This document shows positions 15,292 to 25,023 of a stretch of DNA of 39,952 bases, in pieces. Where the stretch lies: the NCBI GenBank assembly GCA_051439565.1, contig JBFRWL010000562.1:1-39952 (forward strand), in the 5' to 3' direction. A program made the translations under genes and the position numbers. Within the stretch, counting starts at the first letter, position 1; each line of letters opens with the position of its first letter. Source of the DNA: Prochloraceae cyanobacterium. Lineage in GTDB: Bacteria; Cyanobacteriota; Cyanobacteriia; Cyanobacteriales; JBFRWL01. A model generated the notes under the pieces. The model was not told the DNA's origin, made no database searches, and saw only the letters and a program-made list of their open reading frames with translations.

Positions 15292-17658
15292 CTATTCCCT
15301 AGTCTTGAGAGTGGCAATTAAATCTAAGCGATCGAGCTGGTAGCGGATAATTAACCCAGAAAGAATTGCTGCAATCAGGACAACCACAAAGGTAAAAGCA
15401 TAGGTGGATTTAGTAATAATTAAAGGCAAGCGAAAAAGCTCATTATCATAGCTCAAAGAGACTAAAAAAGATAAACCATAGCCTACTAAAAACCCCAGAG
15501 GAATTGCTAAGAGAGTGAGAATCCCCTGTTCTCCTAACAGGATAAAAGCAATTTCAGCGCGAGTAAAACCAATAATGCGCAAACTTGCTAACTCCCTCGA
15601 CCTTTCCGACAGGGCAATTCTCGCTGCGTTGTAGACCACGCTGAAAGTAATAATGCAAGCAAACCCAACCAGCACCATAGTAAAAACCAGCATACTTTTA
15701 CCGCTAATTTCTTCGAAACTATTCATGGTTGCTGCACGAGTCGATATACCAGTAATAGCGGGTATTTGTTTTATGCGGGAATAAAGGCGATCGGCAAAAA
15801 GAGGATCCACAGATAAATAAGCACCGGAGATAGTTTGTCCTTCTCTCATCAAGCGGTTGAGAGCGTAGATATCCATGTAAGCTGAAACACCCATCAGTTC
15901 GTCTACTAAACCCACTACAGCAACCTGACGCAGAGGACGACTTCCCTCTAGTACTTCAACGCTTAAGCTATCTCCAGGCGTAACGCCGAGAATTTCTGCT
16001 AGTTTGGTAGATAAAACTACTCCATCTGCAGGTAGATTAACAGCGTAGAGATGGCGATCGATTAAGCCACGCAATTCCCCACTCGGTTCAATTCCCGTTA
16101 AAGCACTTCTATAGGTTCGATGTTCAAAACGAAGTCGCGCAGGTACTACCCGAAAAGGTTCGGCGCGAATAACTCCAGGTAAGCGATCGATTTCGTAACG
16201 GGTACGAGCAGGACGAGGTTCGTTAAAAACAAGAGTTAAATCTTCCCGTTGGACGTGATGGAATTGAACGTTAACTAGATAAGTAATAGCATCTTTTGTA
16301 TAAAGACCGACCATCAAAATTGCTGCAGCGACAGCAATGCCTAAAATAGAAAGGAATGCTTGCAGTGGTTTGCGTTCTAAGTTCCGCAGGATAATGCGAC
16401 TCGCAGGGGAAAAGAAACTCTCCCAACCCAAGCGTTCGACAATAGTTGGTCTAAATTCAGCTGGTGGTTCGGGACGCATTGCTTGAGCTGGAGGTAGAGA
16501 TATTGCTCGGCGCACTGCACTCAAACCGCCAATAATAGCAGCGGTACAACTAACGAGAATTGCTGTTGCTATTAAACTCGCTCCTGCTTCATAGCGGAGT
16601 AAGGGAAAGCGAAAAAAGTCTTGGTAAAATTCGGTCAATAGTTTCCCCAACCACATACCAATAACACTACCCAGGAACCCGCCAGTACTGACAACGGCGA
16701 GGACAAATTTTAGGTAATGGATGCCGATCGCTAGATTAGTGTAGCCAAAAGCTTTGAGTACGGCAATTTGAATTCGCTGGGTTCCTACCAAACGAGAAAG
16801 GACTATATGCAGTAAAAAAGCGGCGATCGCTAAAAAAATAGAAGGAAGTAGAGTTCCCATAACTTCCAAACTGCTAATCTCATCGTCAAGAATGTAGTGA
16901 GAAACCTGATCCTCTCGCGAGTATGCTCCCAGTCCTCCGTAGCGTTCGATTAATTTGTCGAGGCGATCGATTACTTCGGTTTCATTCACCCCTGGTGTCA
17001 GAGAAAGAGTAACGTTATTGAAAGCACCGTCGAGATCGAAAGCATGAGCGAGAGCCTCTCTACCCATCCAAATAATGCCAAATCGCTTGTTATCTGGATA
17101 GATTTGCCCCGCACCTCGGACTTCATAAACGTACTCTGGCGACAGCGCGATGCCGACAATTTGCAATTTCTCCCAACGACCGTTAATTATCGCGCCAATA
17201 GTGTCGCCAAGGTTGAGTTGGTTCGCTTGAGCAAAAGCTTCGCTGATGAGAACTTCGTCCCCCTTTCCTGGTTCTATATAGCGACCTTGGCGAATGTAAA
17301 TGTTATTGAGTAGGGGACTATTTTTCTCTGGAATTGAAATCAATCTACCTGTGGGCACTTCCTTTAATTCAGGCACGTCGAGAGTAACGTCAACAACGAT
17401 GCGCGTCTGAACTTGTCCTACTCCTGGAATTTGAGCAATTTGAGCTTTGAGGGTTTCTGGTGCGCGTTTTAAGGAGACGAAGACATCAGCAAAGCGATAT
17501 TGGTCATAGTAGGTAGCTTGGGTTAATTGTAAAGAATTATAAGCACTTTTTGCCAGCACAAAGCAAGCAATACCACAGGCAACAACCAGGGCGATCGCTA
17601 TTACCTGACCCCTTAATTGCCACAGATCTCGTAGCAGTTTTCGATTCAGGCTGTTCAT
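15292..17658 (-). CDS. ABC-transporter permease with duplicated FtsX/MacB-type modules (YbbP-like). There is no adjacent ATPase gene.
   Basis: The ORF track gives 15292..17694 with a TTG start. The ATG at 17658 (MNSLNRKLLRDLWQLRG...) is the more typical start for this family. The protein has two repeats, each with a TM segment, a large loop and three TM segments. Confidence 0.8.
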   Translation of the reverse strand: MNSLNRKLLRDLWQLRGQVIAIALVVACGIACFVLAKSAYNSLQLTQATYYDQYRFADVFVSLKRAPETLKAQIAQIPGVGQVQTRIVVDVTLDVPELKEVPTGRLISIPEKNSPLLNNIYIRQGRYIEPGKGDEVLISEAFAQANQLNLGDTIGAIINGRWEKLQIVGIALSPEYVYEVRGAGQIYPDNKRFGIIWMGREALAHAFDLDGAFNNVTLSLTPGVNETEVIDRLDKLIERYGGLGAYSREDQVSHYILDDEISSLEVMGTLLPSIFLAIAAFLLHIVLSRLVGTQRIQIAVLKAFGYTNLAIGIHYLKFVLAVVSTGGFLGSVIGMWLGKLLTEFYQDFFRFPLLRYEAGASLIATAILVSCTAAIIGGLSAVRRAISLPPAQAMRPEPPAEFRPTIVERLGWESFFSPASRIILRNLERKPLQAFLSILGIAVAAAILMVGLYTKDAITYLVNVQFHHVQREDLTLVFNEPRPARTRYEIDRLPGVIRAEPFRVVPARLRFEHRTYRSALTGIEPSGELRGLIDRHLYAVNLPADGVVLSTKLAEILGVTPGDSLSVEVLEGSRPLRQVAVVGLVDELMGVSAYMDIYALNRLMREGQTISGAYLSVDPLFADRLYSRIKQIPAITGISTRAATMNSFEEISGKSMLVFTMVLVGFACIITFSVVYNAARIALSERSRELASLRIIGFTRAEIAFILLGEQGILTLLAIPLGFLVGYGLSFLVSLSYDNELFRLPLIITKSTYAFTFVVVLIAAILSGLIIRYQLDRLDLIATLKTRE

Positions 17659-17723
17659 CAAAATTCGTGGCAGGATACCCCTTTCTACTAACAAGTTTCC
17701 TCGAACTCATGTTAGCTTAATGC

Positions 17724-18962
17724 TTAGTTTAAAAGACCTCGTGCTGCTTCGAGCATATCTGCAGAAATTTCCTGAAGGTCTTCTCGATTTTTCAAATATG
17801 CAGAAAGTGCTTCTATCGGGTCTAGACTACTACCGACCCCTAATTCCGGTAAACGAGGACGCGCTAGCTGACTAACTAATTCGGGGCGGATAGTGTAACT
17901 GTGAGCTTCTTGGAGAGCTAGATGGAGAGCAGTTGTCGTGATTAAATCCAGTTGTTCGGAACGGAGTTTGTAAATCAGCCTTACCACCGCATCTTTGATC
18001 TTGCTTTTGGCGATCGCCGCTAATATTGCCTGTTGCGGATCGTCTTGCTGGGAAGCATCTACTTCAATAGTACAGAAGGAACGCACAGCTAGAGGACAAA
18101 ACTCCCATTTAACTTTGCCCTTTTCTAACTCTACTAGTAAGTAACCTTTATCTTCTTTCTCTTCGGAAAAATCTACTCTTTCAATACTACCTGGATATAT
18201 TACTGGCGGGTTATTAGATGGGTTGAGGTTCTGGTGCTTGTGAACGTGACCTAAAGCCACATAATCTAATTCAGGACGGATGAGCAGAGATAGGGGAATA
18301 GTAAAGCCTCTACCTACTGCTAAAAGGCGTTCTGCTCCAAAGTTAGCGCGATCGGCCATCAAATGACCGACTAACACAGTAGGTATGTTTGGATCGAGGT
18401 TGCGAACTTCTGCTTCTAGGATGGGTTCGAGACGTTTAATTAATAACTCGTTAACCTCGACTAGAGATAATCCTTCTGTTTCTGGACGAGTGAGTAGAGT
18501 AGAACGAGTCAGCCAAGGGAGGGTAATTACTTGTATGTCTCCGTGACGGGTAGAGATGCGATGAGTATCAATGCGATCGCCAACGATAAATCCCGGTACT
18601 GCTAAAGTGCGATAAATGCAAAGACTCGCACCTCCATTACCTTGAGAATGCTGGTCGTGGTTTCCTACCAGTAAAACCGCCGGAATATTGGCATCTGCTA
18701 AGCGACGAAACTGCTTGGCAAAAACTTCTTGTACGTAGGGTGGTGGCGTAGCATCGGGAAAAGCATCGCCAGCGAAGATAACTAAATCTACTGGTTCGGC
18801 ATTAGGGTCTTGAGGATCTCTTCCAATAGCGCGATCGATACACTTACTCAGAGTATTGACAAAATCTTCCAAGCGCGTATTCAAACCAGTTTCGGGATTA
18901 ACTTTACCGTGGGAGAAACCACTCCCCATGTGGATATCTGAAAGATGTAATATTTTAATCAT
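17724..18962 (-). CDS. sbcD: SbcD/Mre11-family metallophosphoesterase nuclease.
   Basis: The 412-aa ORF has all the phosphoesterase motifs: LSDIHMG, GDAFPD, GNHD, VGHLM and GHVHKH. No sbcC is present in the window. Confidence 0.8.
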   Translation of the reverse strand: MIKILHLSDIHMGSGFSHGKVNPETGLNTRLEDFVNTLSKCIDRAIGRDPQDPNAEPVDLVIFAGDAFPDATPPPYVQEVFAKQFRRLADANIPAVLLVGNHDQHSQGNGGASLCIYRTLAVPGFIVGDRIDTHRISTRHGDIQVITLPWLTRSTLLTRPETEGLSLVEVNELLIKRLEPILEAEVRNLDPNIPTVLVGHLMADRANFGAERLLAVGRGFTIPLSLLIRPELDYVALGHVHKHQNLNPSNNPPVIYPGSIERVDFSEEKEDKGYLLVELEKGKVKWEFCPLAVRSFCTIEVDASQQDDPQQAILAAIAKSKIKDAVVRLIYKLRSEQLDLITTTALHLALQEAHSYTIRPELVSQLARPRLPELGVGSSLDPIEALSAYLKNREDLQEISADMLEAARGLLN

Positions 18963-18963
18963 C

Positions 18964-20148
18964 TCATGTGAGTAAAGATGGTTTTTCTGGAATCGTGAAG
19001 TAGAAAGTTGTCCCCTGCCCTAACTCTGAGTCTAACCAGATTTTGCCATGATGAAGTTGCACTATTTTTTGGCAAATAGCTAGCCCTATACCAGTACCTG
19101 GATATTCTTTGCTGGTGTGGAGGCGCTGAAAAATCAGAAAAATTCGTTCATTATGCTCAGAAGAAATACCAATGCCATTATCTTTGACCCAAAACAACCA
19201 CTCACCATTCTTAGCTTTAGCTCCAATCTTGATTGCTGGGGGTTGTTGGCGACGATACTTGATAGCATTGTCAATTAGGTTTTGAAACAGTTGAACCAGT
19301 TGTTGTTGATTAGCTTTCACTGTTGGCAAGGAACCGCTAGTTATAGTAGTATCAGTTTCTCGAATCAGCAGCTCCAGATTAGATGTAACGATGTCTAAGA
19401 TGACTTCACAGTCTGCGGACTGCAATTCTTTTCTCTGTGTCGTGATACGGGAATAGGTCAATAGATCGTTGATAAGCGCCTTCATACGACTGACTCCGTT
19501 CAAGACAAAGCTAATGATTTGCTCAGCTTCCTCATCCCCATCCAATCGATCGGAGTAAGATTGTGCTAATAGTTGGGTGAAGTTCTCTATAGTGCGCAGT
19601 GGTTGTTGAAGGTCATGAGAGGTAACGTAGGCAAACTGTTCCAGTTCTTGATTAGAACGTGATAACTCTTGATTTAATTGCTGCAATCTTTGTTCTACTC
19701 TTTTGCGTAGTCGTAATTCCTGTTGTAAGTGCTCGTTTTGCTTCGAGAGTCTCTTTTTCAAAGAGTGCAGTTGCAGATGCGTCCTAACCCTAGCTAAAAT
19801 CTCCTTTTGCTCAAAAGGCTTGGTAATATAATCGACTGCACCCAGTGAAAAGCCTTTGACCTTATCTACTGTTTCATGAGTAACTGTCATAAAAATCACT
19901 GGAATCTGATTAGTTAAGGGATTTTCCTTGAGCCGACGACAAGTTTCAAATCCGTCAATTCCTGGCATGAGAACGTCTAATAAAATTAACTCCGGTTGTT
20001 TATATTCGACCTGTTGGAGCGCACTTTCACCGTCAATTGCCACCGCGACGTTGAAACCCGCATCGAGTAAAGTGTGGGACAAAACTTCTAAATTGGCTGG
20101 TTGATCGTCAACAATCAAAATCGTTTGCAATTTCTCATTCTGCTTCAT
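18964..20148 (-). CDS. Response-regulator receiver fused to a histidine kinase (REC, coiled coil, HisKA, HATPase_c).
   Basis: The 394-aa ORF has a receiver (DDQ..., LLDVLMPGIDG, KPF), the H-box SHDLQQPLRTI, the N-box LIDNAIKY and the G-box GTGIGLAICQ. Its stop codon lies 1 nt before the sbcD-like ATG. Confidence 0.85.
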   Translation of the reverse strand: MKQNEKLQTILIVDDQPANLEVLSHTLLDAGFNVAVAIDGESALQQVEYKQPELILLDVLMPGIDGFETCRRLKENPLTNQIPVIFMTVTHETVDKVKGFSLGAVDYITKPFEQKEILARVRTHLQLHSLKKRLSKQNEHLQQELRLRKRVEQRLQQLNQELSRSNQELEQFAYVTSHDLQQPLRTIENFTQLLAQSYSDRLDGDEEAEQIISFVLNGVSRMKALINDLLTYSRITTQRKELQSADCEVILDIVTSNLELLIRETDTTITSGSLPTVKANQQQLVQLFQNLIDNAIKYRRQQPPAIKIGAKAKNGEWLFWVKDNGIGISSEHNERIFLIFQRLHTSKEYPGTGIGLAICQKIVQLHHGKIWLDSELGQGTTFYFTIPEKPSLLT

Positions 20149-20294
20149 TTTATCTTTCTAACTTTCAACATCTAGCAAATTCTAGATAAAAAATTATTCG
20201 AGATTTATCCTTACACCAATTACTAAGAAAATCAACCTAACACTTACCACGTAAAACCTAACGCAACCGAGAATTATTACTTTTTCAGCAGACT

Positions 20295-22817
20295 CTAATT
20301 AACAGCTAAATATTGCTCGAGAAAATCCTGAATTTTCTTGACTTGAAATTGTTTAGCTAATTGACGAACTTCTCGCGTAAAATCAATTAATTTTTCATCT
20401 GATTTATCCAACTTTTCTAGATATTCTAGAATATCATGGAGCAAACCTTGTTTAGCTAGATCGTAGAGCAAAACTAGTTGCTTTTGGGGTGGAGGAACTA
20501 TTTCTAGGATAACTTGGGCTGAAAGTGATTTATTACCTAGGTAAAGTTGCTGTTGGCACCCGCTTTCTACTATATTTTGTGTTTCATAAATCCACTTAAG
20601 GTGTAAGTGTATTCGCAACATTTCCAGCAAACAGTCTGCTTGTAATGGTTTGGGCAAAAAATCGTCAGCTCCAGCATCCAAGCTTTTTTGTCGATCGCTC
20701 TCAAAAACACTAGCTGAGGAAGCGATGGTAATGATTTTTGGCAATTGAGGCGATTGTTGCAAGTGTCGAAGCATCTCAAAGCCAGTCATTATCGGCATCA
20801 CCAAGTCTATAATAATTAAATCCGGACGATTTTCTCTAGCTTTATCTAACCCTTCTTGAGCATTCCTCGCCTCTAGCATTTCAAACCCTAAAGGTGTGAG
20901 AAGATTGACCAGAACCGAACGATTTTCCCATTTATCATCTACTACCAAAATTTTTCTCTTGAAGCCTTTATAACCAATAATATAGCTTTCTTTCCTGGTT
21001 AGATTGATTTGTGAAGACAAGAGTTGGGAGCGTGAGTGCAACTTTACATCCAGCCAAAAAACACTGCCTTTACCGGGTTGGCTGCTGACCTGGATTTGAC
21101 TACCCATCATCCGAGCAATTTCCTGACTAATTGCCAATCCTAAACCAGTGCCTTCTCTTCGAGATTCCTCATCTCGAACTCGTTGGAAAGGGGAAAATAT
21201 TTTTTCTAATTGTTCTGAAGCTATGCCTAAGCCAGTATCTTCGATTGCCAATCTAATTGTGAAAGTAGAGAATTGATGTTGAGAAATAATAGAAGTCAAA
21301 GATTCCTGGCTATTTTCTGGTAGTGATGGCTCGCGATCGAGTACCTTAACTTGGAAATTTACTCCTCCAGTATCTGTAAATTTAATAGCATTACCGAGAA
21401 GGTTAATTAGTATTTGTCGCAGGCGCTTTTCGTCTGCATAGACGAGCAGTGGTAGTTGAGGATCTGGTGAGTAGGTAAAGTCAATTCCTTTTTGTTGGGC
21501 TCGAATTCTAAAGATTTCTGTGACGGACTGAAGAAAAGCAGGAAAATGGAAATTGTGAGGATATAATTCCATTTTTCTAGCTTCTATTTTAGAAAGTTCT
21601 AAGATCTCATTAATCAGAGTTAGTAAGTGAGAGCCGCATTTGGTAATAACACCAACAGCATTTTTCTGCCGAACACCAAGAGTTCCATCTCTAGTTAAGA
21701 TTTGAGCGTAGCCAAGAATTCCGTTGAGAGGAGTGCGTAGTTCGTGACTGATATTAGCGAGAAATTCGCTTTTAGCTCTATTGGCAGCATCGGCCGCTTC
21801 TTTAGACTTTTTAAGTTGATTTTGCTCGAAGCAGTTAATTTGCCAGAGTCCCACCAGCGTAATCCCAGCTAATCCCACTATCACTAAGACCATCACATCC
21901 AAGGGTCTTAGCTGATTTTCAATATTGTGGCGGGGAATTACTAGCGCAATTGACCATTGGGCTTGATGCAGAGGAATATAGGTCACGTAGACCTCTTTGC
22001 CATTAACTTGCGCTAGCTGAATCTCGGTTTTGCCTTTGACCATATGCTCAGCAATCCGCCTTAAATCCGAGTTTTTGCTTGTTAAAAAACTCGGTGTTGG
22101 TTTTTCTGGCGTACCTATCAGACTTGGGTTAGGATGAACCGTTGGCACTCCCCTAGAATTAAGGGCAAAGGCATAACTGTTAGCTCCATATTTTAGGTTT
22201 TCGACCACTTTTTTCAGCTGCTTGATATCAATAACACCTGTATTTACTCCGATTATTTTTTGCGTGTTTTTTTCTGTCGCGGCGATCGCATTCTGCCAAA
22301 CGGGAGCAGCTACAATAACTACGGGCAATCCTTGACTGCGCGAAATAACGGGGTCCGACACTACCACCCTGCCTTTAAGTGCTTGCTGTATGTGCGGGCG
22401 ATCTTTGAGATTGCGATTGGTACGATTAACTCTCGTAGTAAAATAAGAACCGTCAGGTTGAACCATCGCTATCTGGTAGTAGTTCTCTAGTCGCTTGGCT
22501 TCCCCTTTTAAATAAGGTCCGACTATCGACCAATCCATAGTGCGAAAAGTAGGAGTATTAGCGATCGTCTCTATTTCTGTTTTTCGCTCCGCTAACCATT
22601 CGTCGATTTCATCTACACCTTTCTGAACTTCTACTAAAGCGGCCTGCTTGAGACTTTCTAAAACTAAGTTGCGCATCATTTCATAACTCAAGTAAGCACT
22701 TAGGCTCACGATCATTGTGATACTACCAAGTGCTAGTGGCAATATTCTCTTGCCAGTTAATGTCTGTTGGTTATTTCCTGGAGACCACAAGTTTGAATTA
22801 GGACGAAAAGTAAACAC
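20295..22817 (-). CDS. Hybrid sensor histidine kinase with a periplasmic Cache-like domain, HisKA, HATPase_c, REC and a C-terminal helical tail.
   Basis: The 840-aa ORF has two TM segments bracketing a ~270-aa extracytoplasmic domain. It also has the H-box SHELRTPLNGILG, the G-box GTGLGLAISQ and a receiver (VVDD..., IIDLVMPIMTG, KPL). Confidence 0.85.
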   Translation of the reverse strand: MFTFRPNSNLWSPGNNQQTLTGKRILPLALGSITMIVSLSAYLSYEMMRNLVLESLKQAALVEVQKGVDEIDEWLAERKTEIETIANTPTFRTMDWSIVGPYLKGEAKRLENYYQIAMVQPDGSYFTTRVNRTNRNLKDRPHIQQALKGRVVVSDPVISRSQGLPVVIVAAPVWQNAIAATEKNTQKIIGVNTGVIDIKQLKKVVENLKYGANSYAFALNSRGVPTVHPNPSLIGTPEKPTPSFLTSKNSDLRRIAEHMVKGKTEIQLAQVNGKEVYVTYIPLHQAQWSIALVIPRHNIENQLRPLDVMVLVIVGLAGITLVGLWQINCFEQNQLKKSKEAADAANRAKSEFLANISHELRTPLNGILGYAQILTRDGTLGVRQKNAVGVITKCGSHLLTLINEILELSKIEARKMELYPHNFHFPAFLQSVTEIFRIRAQQKGIDFTYSPDPQLPLLVYADEKRLRQILINLLGNAIKFTDTGGVNFQVKVLDREPSLPENSQESLTSIISQHQFSTFTIRLAIEDTGLGIASEQLEKIFSPFQRVRDEESRREGTGLGLAISQEIARMMGSQIQVSSQPGKGSVFWLDVKLHSRSQLLSSQINLTRKESYIIGYKGFKRKILVVDDKWENRSVLVNLLTPLGFEMLEARNAQEGLDKARENRPDLIIIDLVMPIMTGFEMLRHLQQSPQLPKIITIASSASVFESDRQKSLDAGADDFLPKPLQADCLLEMLRIHLHLKWIYETQNIVESGCQQQLYLGNKSLSAQVILEIVPPPQKQLVLLYDLAKQGLLHDILEYLEKLDKSDEKLIDFTREVRQLAKQFQVKKIQDFLEQYLAVN

Positions 22818-22881
22818 GGTGACAACTAGAATGGTGTAGACCTACTATTTAGAGAGCATCAAAAGCAGCTTTTCCTGACTT

Positions 22882-22909
22882 TTGATTGAATTGAAAATCA
22901 ACCTAGAAT
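22882..22909 (+). promoter_or_regulatory. Candidate sigma70-type promoter (TTGATT-16 nt-TAGAAT).
   Basis: The -35-like TTGATT is at 22882-22887 and the -10-like TAGAAT is at 22904-22909. It lies in the divergent intergenic region. This is a sequence match only. Confidence 0.3.
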
Positions 22910-23001
22910 TATTATTCCCTTTACTTCTTGAAAAAATAACTTTGACTAGGTAACTGCAGTGTGGAGTGTGGGGAGGTAGTTCCATAGAACTTGTGTACAG
23001 A

Positions 23002-23035
23002 GGTCAGAGATAACAACTAATATCTGACTTTTTTT
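23002..23035 (+). terminator. Orphan intrinsic-terminator-like hairpin with a T7 tail.
   Basis: GGTCAGAGAT...ATATCTGAC forms 6+2 bp with one mismatch and an 8-nt loop. It is followed directly by TTTTTTT. No plus-strand ORF lies upstream of it. Confidence 0.4.
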
Positions 23036-23266
23036 GAAAATATATTCAATACTTTGAACTGAATTGCTAAAAAACCGGTGTTTCTTAATTTTTCTTTAAG
23101 GCAAGAAAAATTTGTTTACGATTAGAGGAGAGCTGGCTTAAATATTTCCTGTATTCATACTTTTGCAATTTTGTCAATGAGTAACTCTCAATCGAGATGA
23201 GATGTTAATCAACGAAAAAATCCTTAACAATAAAATTAATTATCTATTTGGATTAGGTTTAATTCA

Positions 23267-24964
23267 GTGGCTAAACCAGTACTGCTAACGGTAGACGACG
23301 ATCGAGAAGTTTTACAAGCAATAGCTCGCGATTTACGGCGAGAATATGGTTCTCGCTTTCGCATAATGCGGGCTGATTCTGGTAAGGCAGCGATCGAGCA
23401 ACTGCAACAATTAAAATTAAGCAACCAGACCGTTGCTCTGTTTTTGGTAGATCAAAGAATGCCCCAGATGAGCGGTGTAGAGTTTCTCGAACGAGCCATA
23501 CAATTTTTTCCAGAAGCCAAACGGGTCTTACTCACAGCCTATAGCGACACCGATACTGCCATCCAGGCAATTAATACCATCAATCTAGATTATTATCTTC
23601 TCAAACCCTGGGATCCGCCAGAAGAGAAACTTTATCCAGTACTCAACGATTTACTCGAAGATTGGCTTGCTACTTCCCATTCTCCTTTTGAAGGCATTAG
23701 AGTTATTGGCGATCGCTGGTCGCCCCATTGCCATGAGATTAAGGATTTTTTCGCCCGTCAACAAATTCCCTACCGTTGGTTAGATATAGAAAAAGAGCCC
23801 CAAGCACAACAGTTAATTAACTGCACCCAGGAAAAAAGCCCCAAACTTCCCCTGGTAATTTTTCCCGACGGCGATCGACTAGAAAAGCCAAGCAATGCCG
23901 AAATTGCTACTAAAATTGGCTTGCAAACCCAAGCAGAAAAACCTTTCTACGATCTAATTATTCTCGGCGGCGGTCCTGGTGGTTTAGCTGCAGCAGTTTA
24001 CGGTGCTTCGGAGGGATTGCGTACCGTCTTAATCGAAAAACAAGCGCCTGGAGGACAAGCAGGAACCAGTTCTCGGATCGAAAACTATCTAGGCTTTCCT
24101 GTAGGTTTGAGCGGTGGAGATTTAGCCCGTCGTGCGGCGACTCAAGCAAAAAGATTTGGAGTCGAAATTCTTACGCCTCAAGAAGCCACCGCAATTACCA
24201 TTAAAGATAATTATCGGCTGGTTCGGCTCAAAGATGGCACCGAAATTGCTGCTCACGCTGTAATTTTAGCTTTAGGAGTATCCTGGCGTCGGCTCAACGT
24301 CCCAGGAATCGAAAAGTTAACTGGGGCTGGAGTCTACTACGGTGCGGCTCAAACCGAAGCTTTATCCTGCAAAGGCGAAACAGTTTATGTAGTGGGAGGA
24401 GCAAACTCGGCGGGTCAGGGAGCAATGTATTTTTCTAAGTATGCCAGTCAAGTAACTATGTTGGTGCGGGGAGATTCTCTGGCTAAAAGTATGTCTCAGT
24501 ATCTCATCGACCAAATTGAAGCAACTCCTAATATTGACGTGCAAGTGCATACCAGCGTCATAGAAGCAAAAGGAGAAACTAGTCTCGAAGCTTTAGTAAT
24601 TCAAAATTCCCAGACTGGGGAAGTAAAAACCGTTCCGGCTAATGCTTTATTTATTTTTATTGGTGCTGTACCCCATACAAATTGGTTAGGAGATTTGCTG
24701 GAAAGAGATGATCGAGGTTTCATTCTCACAGGAGCAGATTTGCGCAAAATCGATGCCAATAAAGCCAAACGCAATCGCACTTCTGAAAATCGTCCCCAAG
24801 GATGGACTTTAGAGCGGGATCCTTACTTATTAGAAACTAATATTCCCGGAATTTTTGCCGTAGGAGACGTGCGTCACAGTTCGATTAAGCGAGTAGCTTC
24901 TGCTGTAGGCGAAGGATCGATTTGTGTCCAGTTCGTCCATAGATATCTAGGCGAAGTATTGTGA
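23267..24964 (+). CDS. Fused response-regulator receiver, glutaredoxin-like domain and thioredoxin-reductase-like FAD/NAD(P)H flavoprotein (lacks the TrxR CxxC).
   Basis: The 565-aa ORF has a GTG start. The receiver has D10-D12, D62 (LFLVDQRMP), T90 and K113. A ~70-aa thioredoxin-fold segment carries SPHC where CxxC would be. The FAD motif is GGGPGGLAAA and the NAD(P)H motif is GGANSAGQ. The TrxR active-site position reads GAAQ, not CATC. Confidence 0.85.
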   Translation: MAKPVLLTVDDDREVLQAIARDLRREYGSRFRIMRADSGKAAIEQLQQLKLSNQTVALFLVDQRMPQMSGVEFLERAIQFFPEAKRVLLTAYSDTDTAIQAINTINLDYYLLKPWDPPEEKLYPVLNDLLEDWLATSHSPFEGIRVIGDRWSPHCHEIKDFFARQQIPYRWLDIEKEPQAQQLINCTQEKSPKLPLVIFPDGDRLEKPSNAEIATKIGLQTQAEKPFYDLIILGGGPGGLAAAVYGASEGLRTVLIEKQAPGGQAGTSSRIENYLGFPVGLSGGDLARRAATQAKRFGVEILTPQEATAITIKDNYRLVRLKDGTEIAAHAVILALGVSWRRLNVPGIEKLTGAGVYYGAAQTEALSCKGETVYVVGGANSAGQGAMYFSKYASQVTMLVRGDSLAKSMSQYLIDQIEATPNIDVQVHTSVIEAKGETSLEALVIQNSQTGEVKTVPANALFIFIGAVPHTNWLGDLLERDDRGFILTGADLRKIDANKAKRNRTSENRPQGWTLERDPYLLETNIPGIFAVGDVRHSSIKRVASAVGEGSICVQFVHRYLGEVL

Positions 24965-25023
24965 TATCATTCCAGCTTTGAATTTTTATGAAGTAACGAG
25001 TTTGCAATTAATTCAACTACTAA

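Noticed and set aside
17659-17694. TTG-initiated 12-codon N-terminal extension of the FtsX permease, as given in the ORF track.
   Set aside because: The ATG at 17658 gives the family-typical N-terminus (MNSLNRKLLRDL...). The extension relies on a rare TTG start with no supporting signal. It is not excluded, only less likely.
15292-17694. The FtsX-type permease as the exporter for the two RTX proteins.
   Set aside because: RTX proteins use type I systems, made of an ABC protein with fused TMD-NBD, a membrane fusion protein and TolC. This permease is MacB/YbbP-like, has no ATPase or MFP next to it, and lies more than 6 kb and several unrelated genes away.
17724-18962. The SbcD-like nuclease as part of an anti-phage defence island.
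   Set aside because: No partner typical of known defence systems is adjacent (SMC/ATPase, helicase, methylase, TIR, etc.). The neighbours are signalling and transport genes, and the flanks look like core chromosome.
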